Source: an uncultured Methanomassiliicoccales archaeon | GTDB taxonomy: Archaea; Thermoplasmatota; Thermoplasmata; RBG-16-68-12; JAJISG01 | Direction of reading: 5' to 3' | Assembly: GCA_964347795.1 (NCBI GenBank) | Contig: CAYFZX010000001.1 | Span: forward strand, 2,202-66,201 | DNA length: 64,000 bases | Shown here: one piece after another, positions 1 to 10,276 of the stretch | Layout: every line of letters starts with the position of its first letter | How positions within the stretch are numbered: position 1 is the stretch's first letter | Translations under genes and position numbers: made by a program | Notes under the pieces: model-generated | Told to the model about the DNA's origin: nothing | What the model saw: only the letters and a program-made list of their open reading frames with translations | Database searches by the model: none

Positions 1-34
1 GGCGTTAGTCAAGGGGCCGGTGGCCACGCCGCGA

Positions 35-1130
35 CTACGCCTTCTCCAGTACTGCGACATACATGCCCTTGGAGTCCGCGGAGTCGATGTATCGGAAGGG
101 GTACCATCCCGTCCCTTGCAGGATGTCCTCGAGCTCCTCCTTCGAAACCATGAGGTAGTCAAACCAGGGTGTGGCATACGTCTTGAACCGAACGCGGATT
201 CGCACCTGTCCGGGCATTCGGCCCCGCCGCCTGTTGAACTCGTGATACGCAAGGTGCTCCCGCTTATCCGTCTGAGCAGGGTCGCGGGTGTCAGCGAGAA
301 TCCTGCCGTCGGAGGACGTCATGTTCTTGAAGCGCCTCAGCATCCACCGGGCGCGCCGCGGATTGCCCACCAGCCCGAAGTTGTTGCCCATCATCAGGAT
401 GGTGTCGAATTGGCCCAATCGGGAACTCAACTGCGTCGCTGACAAGGGCCTCGTGTGTCTCAACCCTCTCTCGTGGCAGACCTCGAGGGCAAGAGGCGAG
501 TTATCGATGCCCCACACTTCATGGCCCCGACTCTGGAGATGGAGGGCGACACGTCCGGCTCCCACGCCTACGTCAAGTACCTTTCCCCGGACGTACTTCA
601 TCGCCTTCGTGTTGTGATCTGGCCATTCCTCATGGGGCGCGAAATAGGCCTTGGCCCCTCCGGCCACGTCCACGAAACCATCGTCTCTCTCTACGATCTC
701 CGTACCTTCACCCGTACGGAGATAGTGACGTAGCAGGTGCCCATAGGCATCCTGTTGGTCCTTCAGCAGGTCATCTTCCCCCCCTCTTCCGGTACACGGC
801 AATCCAGGGGCTCCCAAACACCTGTCTCTCCTCCTTGGTTGCCCTCCGCCGATCAGCGAACTTGCCCTCGCTCCAATGAACCAGAGGACGAAGCAGCGAG
901 CCCGGCTTCTGCGAGTAGATGTCGATTCTGTTAGAGAGATATGTCTTGACCGTGTACCTCCTCTTCTCCCCAAAGTCGCCATACCTCCGGATGAGCCTCT
1001 CCCAATCCTCGGGATAGATGGCTTTGAAGACCTCCACAAAGTCCAGGATTGTGAAGGATTCCTTGGAGATAGCCCTGACAGTCTCCACGATCTTCGTCTC
1101 TTCCAGCAGTGTTCTCGTCATCTCCCTCAA
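35..1130 (-). CDS. Class I SAM-dependent methyltransferase with an N-terminal domain; the reading frame breaks at a G7 homopolymer (~778-784). This is a possible pseudogene or an assembly error.
   Basis: ORF 771..1130 (MREMTRTLLEETKIV...) reads without a gap into the 35..1039 frame (...DLLKDQQDAYGHLL...KVLDVGVGAGRVALHL...) if one G is removed from the G7 run. A GxGxG SAM-binding motif is present. Only 6 aa precede that motif after the nearest internal Met, so the N-terminal part must come from the other frame. Confidence 0.5.
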
Positions 1131-1136
1131 CCAATC

Positions 1137-1898
1137 TCACGGAAGTTCCAGAGTCTTCCGAGCAAAGGTCGTGTACCCGGTGTGGCCGAGCATGTCAAAG
1201 GCGGGCCTCGTTCCACGCTTCACCTCCATTCGCCTCTCGAGCACTTCGACTGTCCAGATGTCGGCAAACCCCTCCCTCCTCAGGGCGAGCACCGTCTCGC
1301 GCACCTGCTCAACCGTCGGCGAGTAGGAGGCCAGATGGCCTCCTGGCCTCAGGGCCTCTGCAGCGGTTTTGAGCGCCCTCCATGGCTCCGGGAGATCCAG
1401 GACCACGGCCTTGACCTCCCTTTCCTCAATGCCGTCGATTATGTCCCGCTCCTTGAACTCCACCACACTCTGGAGGCCAGTCTTCTCAACGTTCGCCCTG
1501 GCCACTTCCACGAAGTCCGGTCTCACCTCATAGCTGACGACCTTCCCGTCCGGGTAGATAGAATGTGCCAGGGCGATGGTCAGGGCACCGGAGCCGGAGC
1601 CTCCCTCAACGACGAGGTCCCCGGCCTGAAGGCTGCAGTTGAAGGCAATAGTAGCCGCGTCCTTCGGCACGACGATCTGGGCTTTCCTCTGGATGGTCTC
1701 CATAAGGTCCCTGACGGAGGGCCTCAGCACCAGCAATTCCCGCCCCTCGACGGCCAGTTTCCTGCCGATCAATCGGTCGAGGCCGTCGGTCTTCACCTTG
1801 CCGAGGCCCTTGACTTCAATGAGTCCTACGCCCGCAGGGACCAGCCACTTCCGGTCCCGCGCGTCCACGAGGACCACCTTCGCCATCCTCCACGCCAT
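1137..1898 (-). CDS. trmI: tRNA (adenine-N1)-methyltransferase TrmI (Gcd14 family)
   Basis: The translation matches TrmI throughout: KVVLVDARDRKWLV..., GGSGSGALTIALAH, VLDLPEPW. The start is at the Met 36/40 codons into the ORF (alternative start 1886). Confidence 0.8.
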   Translation of the reverse strand: MAWRMAKVVLVDARDRKWLVPAGVGLIEVKGLGKVKTDGLDRLIGRKLAVEGRELLVLRPSVRDLMETIQRKAQIVVPKDAATIAFNCSLQAGDLVVEGGSGSGALTIALAHSIYPDGKVVSYEVRPDFVEVARANVEKTGLQSVVEFKERDIIDGIEEREVKAVVLDLPEPWRALKTAAEALRPGGHLASYSPTVEQVRETVLALRREGFADIWTVEVLERRMEVKRGTRPAFDMLGHTGYTTFARKTLELP

Positions 1899-1980
1899 CG
1901 CCACCGGCGTAGAAAACGTTTCCCGAAGACCTGGACTCGACGCAGCCTCGGCAGTTGTCGAAATGGCGTTCGACAAAACC

Positions 1981-1986
1981 TTTAAT
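1981..1986 (+). promoter_or_regulatory. TTTAAT TATA-like box about 32 bp upstream of the hmgA ATG
   Basis: AT-rich hexamer in the divergent trmI/hmgA intergenic region. The spacing fits an archaeal leaderless or short-leader promoter. Confidence 0.3.
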
Positions 1987-2017
1987 GCCCGCCACAGATG
2001 CACGTGCCGGTGGCCGG

Positions 2018-3286
2018 ATGAGTACCTCGCAGGTATCGGGCTTCTACAAGAAGTCCATGGAGGCGCGACTCGACATCGTTAGGAAGGCCGGGAAGCTGAC
2101 GAAAGAAGAGGCTCAAGTCATGGCGAACACAGGCTCCCTCGAACCGGCCGTGGCGGACCGGATGATCGAGAACGTCGTCGGGAGCATGCCCCTGCCCCTA
2201 GGTATTGCCGTCAACTTCCAAATCAACGGCAGGGATTACCTGATTCCCATGGCCATTGAGGAGCCCTCCGTTGTTGCCGCGGCCAGCAACGCCGCGAAGA
2301 TGGCCCGCGTCGGGGGCGGCTTCCAGGCGCAGACGACCGACCCCGTGATGATCGGACAGATCCAAGTCGTCGACGTTCCCGACCCCGACGCTGCCAAGGT
2401 CCGGGTCCTAGAGGCCCGGGAGAAGATTCTGGAGGTCTGCAACGAAAGGGACCCGGTTCTCGTGAAGTTTGGAGGCGGGGCACGAGACGTGGAAGCCCGA
2501 GTCATCCAGACGCCTCGGGAGCCCATGCTCGTCGTCCACATCCTCGTGGACTGCCGGGACGCGATGGGGGCCAACGCCGTCAACACCATGGCCGAGGCCG
2601 TAGCTCCCCTCATCGAGGAACTCTCCGGCGGACGGGTGTACTTGAGGATAATCTCCAATCTCGCCGTGAAGAGGCTCGCCCGCGCCACGGCCACCTTCGC
2701 CCAGGACGCCATCGGCGGGGAAGAAGTGGTGGAGGGGATCCTTCGCGCCTATGCCTTTGCGGCAGCGGATCCGTACCGGTGTGCTACCCACAACAAGGGG
2801 ATTATGAACGGGATTGACGCCGTGGTCATCGCCACGGGCAACGATTGGCGGGCCATCGAGGCAGGGGCCCACTCTTATGCCGCGTTGGGCGGCCGCTACA
2901 AGCCCCTCACTGTCTGGGAGAAGGACTCGAAGGGAGACCTCGTGGGGTCGATCGAGGTGCCGATGGCCGTCGGCCTCGTCGGCGGGGCCACCGCAACCCA
3001 CCCGACGGCGAAGGCCAACGTGAAGCTCTTGGGGGTCAAGACTGCCTCCGAGTTGGCTCAAGTCGTCGCCGCCGTCGGACTTGCCCAGAACTTCGCAGCC
3101 TTGAGGGCTCTCGCCACGGAGGGCATCCAGAGAGGTCACATGTCTCTCCATGCCAGGAACATCGCGGTGATGGCCGGGGCAGAAGTCGACGAGGTGGATG
3201 ACGTGGTCAAGCGACTCCTGGCTGAGAAAGTCATCCGGGTCGATCGAGCTCAGGAAATACTCCAGGAAATGCGGGGCGAGAAGTGA
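2018..3286 (+). CDS. hmgA: HMG-CoA reductase (class I, archaeal)
   Basis: [21 protein letters not shown]...[41 protein letters not shown]... shows the conserved HMGR N-terminus and catalytic core. The start is the internal ATG at 2018. Confidence 0.9.
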   Translation: MSTSQVSGFYKKSMEARLDIVRKAGKLTKEEAQVMANTGSLEPAVADRMIENVVGSMPLPLGIAVNFQINGRDYLIPMAIEEPSVVAAASNAAKMARVGGGFQAQTTDPVMIGQIQVVDVPDPDAAKVRVLEAREKILEVCNERDPVLVKFGGGARDVEARVIQTPREPMLVVHILVDCRDAMGANAVNTMAEAVAPLIEELSGGRVYLRIISNLAVKRLARATATFAQDAIGGEEVVEGILRAYAFAAADPYRCATHNKGIMNGIDAVVIATGNDWRAIEAGAHSYAALGGRYKPLTVWEKDSKGDLVGSIEVPMAVGLVGGATATHPTAKANVKLLGVKTASELAQVVAAVGLAQNFAALRALATEGIQRGHMSLHARNIAVMAGAEVDEVDDVVKRLLAEKVIRVDRAQEILQEMRGEK

Positions 3287-3296
3287 CGCCCCGGAC

Positions 3297-4427
3297 TTAT
3301 CGGCTGGCCACTTCCTCGACCTTCTCCTCCGCGATGAAGCCCCCCAGAACGTCACCAGTCCCGTGGAGGACGTCAACCACACCGCTCCAATCCTCCAGTT
3401 GAGCTCTGTTGTCATCCTCGAAGCGTCGGAGTCTCCGCATCATCAGCTCGCGAATCAAGCCAACGCGCTTGGAGGTGGTCACAACGGTCAAGTAGCAGTG
3501 ATGTCCCCGCTGGATGATGACCGATATCTCACCGAAGCTGGCCGTCTTGAGGGTCTGACCCTGAAAGAAGGGCAGGGCATGAGTGAAGAAGTTCTGGAAG
3601 GCGTCGAGGGTGCCCACAAAGATATCATCGTCCACGCTCGTATCTTCTGAGAGGGCGGCCCCGAGCAGGTCGCCTGTCTTATAGGTCAGGTAGACCGCCA
3701 GGGTCTCTCCCTTAAGCGCTTCCCTCAGGTTGAACAGCTGGAGGACGCCGACTCCTCTGCCCCGTCGCAGGGCCAGGAGCAGGGCGATTCCAGGGACCAC
3801 GAGCGTGGCAGAGTACAGAGGGGTGACGCTCTCGTGAAGGAGCGGGTAGTAGGGGTTGGTCAGGAGGGCGAAGGCAATGGCCAACGAGGCGGCTCCCATG
3901 ATGCCCACGATTGCGAAGGACTCCCTCCCCATGGCGTCGAGGGTCAGCAGGGCACCCTGGTGGAGGAGGTAGATCCCAGCCACGATCAGGGCGAGGGTAT
4001 AGAGGAGATAGTGGGTCAGGGCTCCCTCGGCCCAAAGGGGCAGAAACCGGGTCGTCTCCCAGGCAGCCGCCCCACCCGGGACGTTCAGAACCACAAAGTG
4101 AACGGCCACGAAAACGGCAGGGATGGCGAAGACAGCGTCCACCCACGTCTTCCCGTGCACCAGCCATTTGGCGAAGTAGAAGAAGGTGAGGGAAGCCCAC
4201 ACCAGAAAGAAGTGGGCAGGCGGCACCGCGGCGGTGACGTTCCCGAAGGCGCCGAAGGCGAGGGATAACCAGTCCCAGAGGGCGAACGCGGCCATGAGAA
4301 AGGCCGTAGCGGTGAAGGCGATGCCTGTGGATACCCGCAGGGAGCCCCCTCTAGCCTGTAGCATACCGATGGCAGACCACACGACGGCGGAGGCCAGCGG
4401 CGCGTGACTGACGAGGGAGACATCCAT
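3297..4427 (-). CDS. Polytopic membrane protein (about 7-8 TM) with a C-terminal cytoplasmic Roadblock/LC7 (MglB-like) domain
   Basis: The N-terminal ~240 aa are hydrophobic helices. The C-terminal ~110 aa (DIFVGTLDAFQNFF...GEISVIIQRGHHCYLTVVTTSKRVGLIRELMMRRL) have a Roadblock-like pattern. Confidence 0.5.
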   Translation of the reverse strand: MDVSLVSHAPLASAVVWSAIGMLQARGGSLRVSTGIAFTATAFLMAAFALWDWLSLAFGAFGNVTAAVPPAHFFLVWASLTFFYFAKWLVHGKTWVDAVFAIPAVFVAVHFVVLNVPGGAAAWETTRFLPLWAEGALTHYLLYTLALIVAGIYLLHQGALLTLDAMGRESFAIVGIMGAASLAIAFALLTNPYYPLLHESVTPLYSATLVVPGIALLLALRRGRGVGVLQLFNLREALKGETLAVYLTYKTGDLLGAALSEDTSVDDDIFVGTLDAFQNFFTHALPFFQGQTLKTASFGEISVIIQRGHHCYLTVVTTSKRVGLIRELMMRRLRRFEDDNRAQLEDWSGVVDVLHGTGDVLGGFIAEEKVEEVASR

Positions 4428-4573
4428 ATCGTTTCCCGCCGAGGGATCCAGAGTGTCGGATCGCGTGTTGGGTCAGCCTAAGCGTATTTATTTCATCCGG
4501 CGTGATTATTGGATATCAGAAGTGACCCGGGCGAGTCCGGATACCGCGCTGCATTCCAATGGAGTGGCGCCCC

Positions 4574-5947
4574 CTAGGCTACCACGATGACCTGGATGTC
4601 CATCACGTTGGTCCCCGTGGGGCCCGTAACGACGGTGTCCCCCATTTCTCGGAAGAAGGCATGGGAATCGTTTCTTGCCAGGTAGTGGAGGGGGTCGAGG
4701 TTCAGGAGCGAACTCCTCCCCGAGGATTCCCCATCGGCGATCGCGCCAGCAGCGTCCGTGAGTCCATCCCTCCCATCGGTGCCGGCGGACAGGAGCACGA
4801 TTCTACGGCCCCGCAATTCCGGAACGGCGGCGAGGACAAGTTCCTGGTTACGCCCTCCGGTGCCCCTTCCCCGGACGCTGACCGTCGTCTCCCCACCTGA
4901 GATCAGGACGCTGGGCGACTTGGCCAGGGACCGCCGACCCTCCAGAGACCGCGCAAGGGCCATGAGGACCTTGGCGACTTCTCTTGCCTCGCCCTGGAGT
5001 TGGCTCGTGAGGATCACGGCGTGATAGCCTCGTTTCTCTCCCTCCGTGGCCGCCGCTTCGCACGCCAGACGGTTCTTCGCCACGAGGACGTTGTGGACCC
5101 TCTGGAAGGCTGGGTCCTTGGCTCCCGGCGTCTCTGGAAGCTCGCCCTTCGATCCAAGCTCCAGCCTGCTCCTTGCAGAGTCGGGGAGTCGGTGCCAGAG
5201 CCTGTAGGTCTCAAGGATTTCCTTCGCCTCCTGGTAGGTGCTCTCATCCGGCACCGTGGGGCCAGAGGCGATGAACGAAAGAGGGTCGCCCACCACGTCA
5301 CTGACGATGAGACCCACCACGGTCGCACCTCGCGAAGCAGCGGCCTGGGCGAGCTGGCCACCCTTGAGGTTGGAGAGGTGCTTCCTGACGGTGTTTTGCC
5401 TCACGATGTCCATGCCACTGAGAAACATCAGATCGGAGACCGCTCGAAGTTCCTCAAGGGGAATGGGCGTATCCTCCAGAAGACTGGACCCGCCACCTGA
5501 CACCAGCACGAGCAGGAGGTCGGATGCGCCACATCTGTTGGCAATCTCCAGGGCGGCTCTCCCCGCCTCAAGGCTGCCCTCATCCGGATGCGGGTGGCCA
5601 CCCCGGAGTATCCGGAACCCGGTCCTCTTCCATCGACTCTTCTCGTGCGTGACCACGAGTCCCTCATCAATGTCCACGACTCCCAGGAGGGCCTCTGCCA
5701 TGGGGAGACTCGCCTTGCCAAACGCAATCATCCGCCGGGAATCGAGAGTCTCCAGGTCGATTTCCAGGCCATCGACGATGAGTGTCTCCCCCCGCCTTCG
5801 CACTCGACTCTTCACGGCCTCCCCTGCATTCGCTGCGGCGAGGGCGGCCTCGAACATCCTAAGGCAGTCCCTCCTCATCCTCTGCAGCTCCGGGGAGGAC
5901 GGGCGGCTGACGAGCCCCTCGAAGTCCTGTATCAACATCGCTTCCAT
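4574..5947 (-). CDS. Glycerate 2-kinase (MOFRL/GckA family)
   Basis: Matches the MOFRL family: ...LLLVLVSGGGSSLLE...VGDPLSFIASGPT...ISGGETTVSVRGRGTGGRNQELVLAA...AGTDGRDG. Confidence 0.85.
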   Translation of the reverse strand: MEAMLIQDFEGLVSRPSSPELQRMRRDCLRMFEAALAAANAGEAVKSRVRRRGETLIVDGLEIDLETLDSRRMIAFGKASLPMAEALLGVVDIDEGLVVTHEKSRWKRTGFRILRGGHPHPDEGSLEAGRAALEIANRCGASDLLLVLVSGGGSSLLEDTPIPLEELRAVSDLMFLSGMDIVRQNTVRKHLSNLKGGQLAQAAASRGATVVGLIVSDVVGDPLSFIASGPTVPDESTYQEAKEILETYRLWHRLPDSARSRLELGSKGELPETPGAKDPAFQRVHNVLVAKNRLACEAAATEGEKRGYHAVILTSQLQGEAREVAKVLMALARSLEGRRSLAKSPSVLISGGETTVSVRGRGTGGRNQELVLAAVPELRGRRIVLLSAGTDGRDGLTDAAGAIADGESSGRSSLLNLDPLHYLARNDSHAFFREMGDTVVTGPTGTNVMDIQVIVVA

Positions 5948-5992
5948 GGCAGGAGACCCCAAAAACTGTTCCGTGGTCTCGCCCGGGTCATG

Positions 5993-6000
5993 CTATATAG
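5993..6000. promoter_or_regulatory. CTATATAG palindromic TATA box between the divergent glycerate-kinase and KDG-aldolase genes
   Basis: The TATATA core lies 30 bp upstream of the kdgA ATG (6029) and about 35-47 bp from the start of the minus-strand glycerate kinase. It is palindromic and could serve both directions. Confidence 0.45.
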
Positions 6001-6028
6001 GAAGAACAGTATCTTCCCGAGGAATTCC

Positions 6029-6907
6029 ATGAGGATCTTCGAGGGGGTCTACGCTCCTCTCATTACCTTCTTCGACGAGGACGGACAAGTGGACCTCCAG
6101 GCTCAACAGCGCCATGTCTCCAACCTGCTCAACGCCGGCGTGCACGGACTCGTCCCCATGGCCAGCATGGGGGAGTTCACCGCGATGGAACGAGAGGAGC
6201 GACGGGCGGTGGCCGAGGCAGTGATCGCAGAGGCCTCTGGAAAGGGGAAGGTCGTCGTAGGCACGGGGGCACCCTCCACACGCCAGGCGGTGGAGTTCTC
6301 CAAAGATGCTGAGGCGGAGGGTGCGGACGGCGTCATGGTCGTGACCCCCTTCTACATCAAGCCGAGCATCGACGGCCTCCGGAGGCACTACGAGGCGATC
6401 CATCAGGCCGTGGAGATTCCTGTTATGGCCTACTGTCTCCCCTCCTTTACCGGCGTGGACCTACCTTCCGGCCTGGTTCTGGAGATGGCAGAAGCCGGGA
6501 CGATTCAGGCTCTGAAGGACAGCTCTCAGGACCTTGTGAAAGGCCTGAGAATCATTGATGGGATGCCTGAGAGCTTCTCCTTCCTGACCGGCACAGACCC
6601 CTTGTTCTCTTCGGTCGTAATCCACGGAGGTCAGGGGGGCATTATCGGCTCCAGCAACGTCTTCCCAGAGGTGGGCGTCAGACTCTTCGACCTGCTCCAG
6701 CGAGAGAGGCTCAAGGAGGCCCTTGAGTTGCAGCGGAAACTGACCCTCTTCACCCAAGCCACGGAGTTGGGAACCTACCCCGCAGCGGCCAAGTATCTGG
6801 TGGAGAAGGTGTGGGGCCTGAAATCGCGCTGTAGGCCCCCAGCCATCGACCTCACGGCGGATCAGAAACAGCGGGTAGACGAGATCCTAGAACCTCTGCT
6901 ATCGTAG
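6029..6907 (+). CDS. kdgA: 2-keto-3-deoxy-(6-phospho)gluconate aldolase, DapA/DHDPS family
   Basis: The DapA-family fold runs throughout, with a Schiff-base lysine in ...TIQALKDSS. The start is the internal ATG at 6029 (MRIFEGVYAPLITFFDEDG). Confidence 0.8.
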   Translation: MRIFEGVYAPLITFFDEDGQVDLQAQQRHVSNLLNAGVHGLVPMASMGEFTAMEREERRAVAEAVIAEASGKGKVVVGTGAPSTRQAVEFSKDAEAEGADGVMVVTPFYIKPSIDGLRRHYEAIHQAVEIPVMAYCLPSFTGVDLPSGLVLEMAEAGTIQALKDSSQDLVKGLRIIDGMPESFSFLTGTDPLFSSVVIHGGQGGIIGSSNVFPEVGVRLFDLLQRERLKEALELQRKLTLFTQATELGTYPAAAKYLVEKVWGLKSRCRPPAIDLTADQKQRVDEILEPLLS

Positions 6908-7008
6908 CCTCGGTCAACCGCCCCCGTTTCCTGAAAGGGCCAGGCGCACGTCGGACCACCAAAACCTAGATAACGAGCCCTCGTGTGAAGGGTCGGGGTC
7001 GCGAGATT

Positions 7009-8724
7009 ATGCCTCTCCACAGTCAAGAAATGAGGAGGATTGCCCCCGAGGCGGACCCTCTGCGCCTCGCATGTGGGTGGACGCGCGAAGACCTAGAGAA
7101 GCAGTGGATATTGGTGGAAACGACAGGCGGCGAGAGCATGCCCTGCAGCTACCATCTCCCGGACTTGGCCGAGGAATGGGTTGTACGAGGAGTAAGGGAG
7201 GCCGGTGGGGCCACCGCGCGCTATGACTGCACGGACATCTGTGATGGCATTGACCAGGGCACTCCCGGGATGCGTTTCTCCCTGGCGAGCAGAGAGGTGA
7301 TTGCCTTCGCCGTCGAGATGCATGTGCGCGGGGGTCACTTCGATGGCATGTGCATTCTCTCCGGTTCTGACAAGGGCACCCCTGGAGTCCTCCTTGCGGC
7401 GGCCCGGACGAACGTCCCCTCGATTTTCATCCCGGGAGGTGTCATGGAGGTCGGGCCACAGGGGGTGACCTTGGAGCAGGTGGGATCGCTCTACGCCCGA
7501 CTCCGCCGCGGTGAGATCGATCAACACGAGTACGAGAGCCTCGCCCTGAACTCGTGTCCCACGACGGGGACCTGCGCCTTTCTGGGTACCGCGAACACCA
7601 ACGTCGTGATTGCGGAGGCCCTGGGGATGGCCCTGCCAGCGAGTGCCCTCATCCCGGCCTCCAGCTTCGAACTCGGCAGGATGGCAAAGAGGGCGGGGGC
7701 CCGGATCGTTGGTATGGTGGCGGAGGACCTGACGCCATCGAGAATCCTGACCCGAGAGGCCTTCGAGAACGCCATCATGGTGCACGCTGCCATCGGAGGC
7801 AGCACCAACACGGTCATGCACCTCCTCGCCTTGGCCTACGAGGCCCACGTAGACCTCCCCCTCCGTCTCTTCGACGAGCTCAACAGAGAGATCCCCTTCC
7901 TGGTGAACTGCCGACCCTCGGGAATCCATCCGGTGAACTACCTATGGTACGCCGGGGGGACTCAGTGGATCGTCCGCGAGCTCAGCGAGTACCTCCACAT
8001 GGATGCCCTCACCGTAACCGGCTCTACCGTCGCGGAGAATCTGAAGGAGGTGGAACGGTCTGGCTTCTTTGAAAGGAACAGGCTCTACTTCTCCAACTTC
8101 AGCGTCGAGCCTGAGGATGTGGTGAAACCAAGGACAAATCCGCTGGGCCTCGGCTCTCTTGCCGTCCTGTACGGCTCCTTGGCTCCCTCAGGGGCGGTCG
8201 TCAAGGTGGGGGCTCTGCCGGAGAGGTTCCGAGAATTCGCGGGAGAGGCCGTTGTCTTTGAGTCCTCCGGCGATGCGATTGAGGCGATCTTCGACGAGAG
8301 GGTCCGGCCAGGACAGGCTGTGGTGATCAGGTACGAGGGTCCGGCGGCCAACGGGATGCCGGAGCAGTTCTACATCACGGAAGCCATCGCCACACGGAAG
8401 GAGCTGGCGGAGGGAGTGGTCTTGATCACCGATGGGAGATTTTCTGGGGCCACTCGAGGTCCGGCCATTGGCCACGTGAGCCCCGAGGCCATGGCTGGCG
8501 GGCCGCTGGCCGCTGTGAAGGATGGTGACCGAATCCACGTGGACATCCCCCACCGAAAGCTTGACCTCCAGGTAGATGAGGGGGAAGTGAGCAGGAGGCT
8601 GGCCTCGTGGAGGAGGCCTGAGAGGAGCTTCGATCGGGGCCTCCTGGCCATCTACAGTCGGCTTGCCCTCTCGGCGGACCACGGAGCGAGGATGGACTAC
8701 GAGGGCCTTCACACCTCAGGGTGA
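7009..8724 (+). CDS. IlvD/EDD-family dehydratase (dihydroxy-acid or sugar-acid, e.g. gluconate, dehydratase)
   Basis: Carries the family Cys ligand motifs (CTDICDG, CILSGSDKGTPG, CPTTGTC) and ends GRFSGATRGPAIGHVSPEA. An alternative GTG start lies at 6985. It sits inside the ED cluster. Confidence 0.8.
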   Translation: MPLHSQEMRRIAPEADPLRLACGWTREDLEKQWILVETTGGESMPCSYHLPDLAEEWVVRGVREAGGATARYDCTDICDGIDQGTPGMRFSLASREVIAFAVEMHVRGGHFDGMCILSGSDKGTPGVLLAAARTNVPSIFIPGGVMEVGPQGVTLEQVGSLYARLRRGEIDQHEYESLALNSCPTTGTCAFLGTANTNVVIAEALGMALPASALIPASSFELGRMAKRAGARIVGMVAEDLTPSRILTREAFENAIMVHAAIGGSTNTVMHLLALAYEAHVDLPLRLFDELNREIPFLVNCRPSGIHPVNYLWYAGGTQWIVRELSEYLHMDALTVTGSTVAENLKEVERSGFFERNRLYFSNFSVEPEDVVKPRTNPLGLGSLAVLYGSLAPSGAVVKVGALPERFREFAGEAVVFESSGDAIEAIFDERVRPGQAVVIRYEGPAANGMPEQFYITEAIATRKELAEGVVLITDGRFSGATRGPAIGHVSPEAMAGGPLAAVKDGDRIHVDIPHRKLDLQVDEGEVSRRLASWRRPERSFDRGLLAIYSRLALSADHGARMDYEGLHTSG

Positions 8725-8726
8725 GT

Positions 8727-10202
8727 TTAGCTATACGGGAAGATGTGAGGCGCCTCCGGTTCCTCGCTGTAGTCCAGGTAGACGGTCTTGATGTGGAAGT
8801 AGTGGTCGAAGCCATAGATGGATCCGTCCCCTCCGAGGCCTGACTTCCGGAAACCAGCGTGGTATCCGTGGACCGTCTCTGGTCCCACCTGGTTTATGTA
8901 GGTCTCCCCGAACCGCAGCTTATGAGCCGCCTTCATGGCCGCCCCGACATCCTGGGTGAAGATGTAGCTAGCCAGGCCGTACTCCGAGTCGTTGGAGTAG
9001 CTGACGACTTCGTCAAAGTCGGAGAAGCTTTTCAGCGGTGTCACAGGACCGAAGATCTCCTTCTGGACGATGTCCATGTCCTGTTCCACGTCCTCGATTA
9101 CCGTTGGGGCGAACCAGTAGCCCCTCTCAAATCCTGTCCCGCGGAGCCTCGAGCCCCCCGTCAGAAGCTTCGCCCCCTCATCTAGGGCCCTCTGCACGGA
9201 GCTCTCCACAGTGTCCAGCTGGTCAGCGGCGACAAGGGGGCCCATGTCGACCCCCGGTTTCATCGGGTCCCCGATGCGAAGGCTCTCCACCCCTTCCACG
9301 TATTTCTTCTTGAAGCGGTCGTAGAGATCCTCGTGGACGTAGGTCCTCTCGTTGCAGATGCAGGTCTGCCCCGCATTCCAGTACCGGGCCCACAGGGCGT
9401 TCTTCACCGCCCATCCAAGGTCCGCGTCCTTCCACACGATGAAAGGGGCCTTCCCGCCAAGCTCGAGGACTAGGTGGGTAAGGTTTCCGCTGGCGGCCTC
9501 CATAATCCTCGTTCCCGTCTCCACGGAGCCCGTCATAGTCACCATCTCGGTGAGTGGATTGCGAACGAGTTCGTCGCCTACGGTGCTCCCTGGGCCTGTG
9601 AGGAGATTGACCAGGCCCCTCGGGATGTCCAGCTTCTCGGTGAGCCTCACGATCTCCACCGCAGACAGAGGCGTGTAGGAGGAGGGTTTCAGGACGATGC
9701 CGTCCCCAGCGACGATGGCCGGGGCCATCTTCCTCGTGACCATGGCCGCGGGGAAATTCCACGGTGTGATGCCCGCGACCACCCCCACGGGGACCTTAAG
9801 GATCATTATCGTCCGCTCGGGAGCTTCCCCGGGTAGTACGCTGCCCTCGATCTGCCTCGCCAGGCTGGCGTAATACCGGCAGTATTCCGCAGCGCCCTGG
9901 ACGTCCTCCCTCGCCTCCTTCAGCGGCTTCCCCTCCTCAGCGGTCACAACCTTCGCCAGCCTCTCCTTCTCGTCCTCTATGAGATCCGCCAGCTTCCAGA
10001 CCACCTTGGCGCGCTGGGATGCGGGAACGCTCTCCCATTCTCGTTGAGCCTGGCTGGCCGCTTCGAGGGCTCGCCTTGCGTCCTCCCGAGTTCCCTGGGG
10101 GACACGGTCCACCGTCGCCTCGGTGGCCGGGTTCAAAACGTCGAGGTAATCGCCTGACGAACTCTCTATCCATTCGCCTTCGATGAAGAGCTTTTGAGTC
10201 AT
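8727..10202 (-). CDS. NAD(P)+ aldehyde dehydrogenase, probably glyceraldehyde dehydrogenase of the non-phosphorylative ED route
   Basis: ALDH-superfamily motifs GITPWNFP, ELGGKAP and the catalytic Cys in GQTCICNER. It is 491 aa. Confidence 0.85.
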   Translation of the reverse strand: MTQKLFIEGEWIESSSGDYLDVLNPATEATVDRVPQGTREDARRALEAASQAQREWESVPASQRAKVVWKLADLIEDEKERLAKVVTAEEGKPLKEAREDVQGAAEYCRYYASLARQIEGSVLPGEAPERTIMILKVPVGVVAGITPWNFPAAMVTRKMAPAIVAGDGIVLKPSSYTPLSAVEIVRLTEKLDIPRGLVNLLTGPGSTVGDELVRNPLTEMVTMTGSVETGTRIMEAASGNLTHLVLELGGKAPFIVWKDADLGWAVKNALWARYWNAGQTCICNERTYVHEDLYDRFKKKYVEGVESLRIGDPMKPGVDMGPLVAADQLDTVESSVQRALDEGAKLLTGGSRLRGTGFERGYWFAPTVIEDVEQDMDIVQKEIFGPVTPLKSFSDFDEVVSYSNDSEYGLASYIFTQDVGAAMKAAHKLRFGETYINQVGPETVHGYHAGFRKSGLGGDGSIYGFDHYFHIKTVYLDYSEEPEAPHIFPYS

Positions 10203-10276
10203 CGGCGAAGCTAGAGTCGAGTGCTTTATCTATCCTTGCATTCCGCCTGGCGACTCAGGGGAAAGGTTAAACCGCA

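Noticed and set aside
876-1985. Long plus-strand ORF (369 aa) antisense to the methyltransferase and trmI genes. Similar long antisense or off-frame ORFs occur at 2408-3415, 5238-6032, 7093-7929, 28891-30426, 34444-35239, 42334-43320, 44682-45656 and 45954-46748.
   Set aside because: All overlap strongly supported genes on the opposite strand or in another frame. Their translations are low-complexity R/P/G/A-rich, as expected from stop-codon depletion in about 60% GC DNA, and they show no family signatures.
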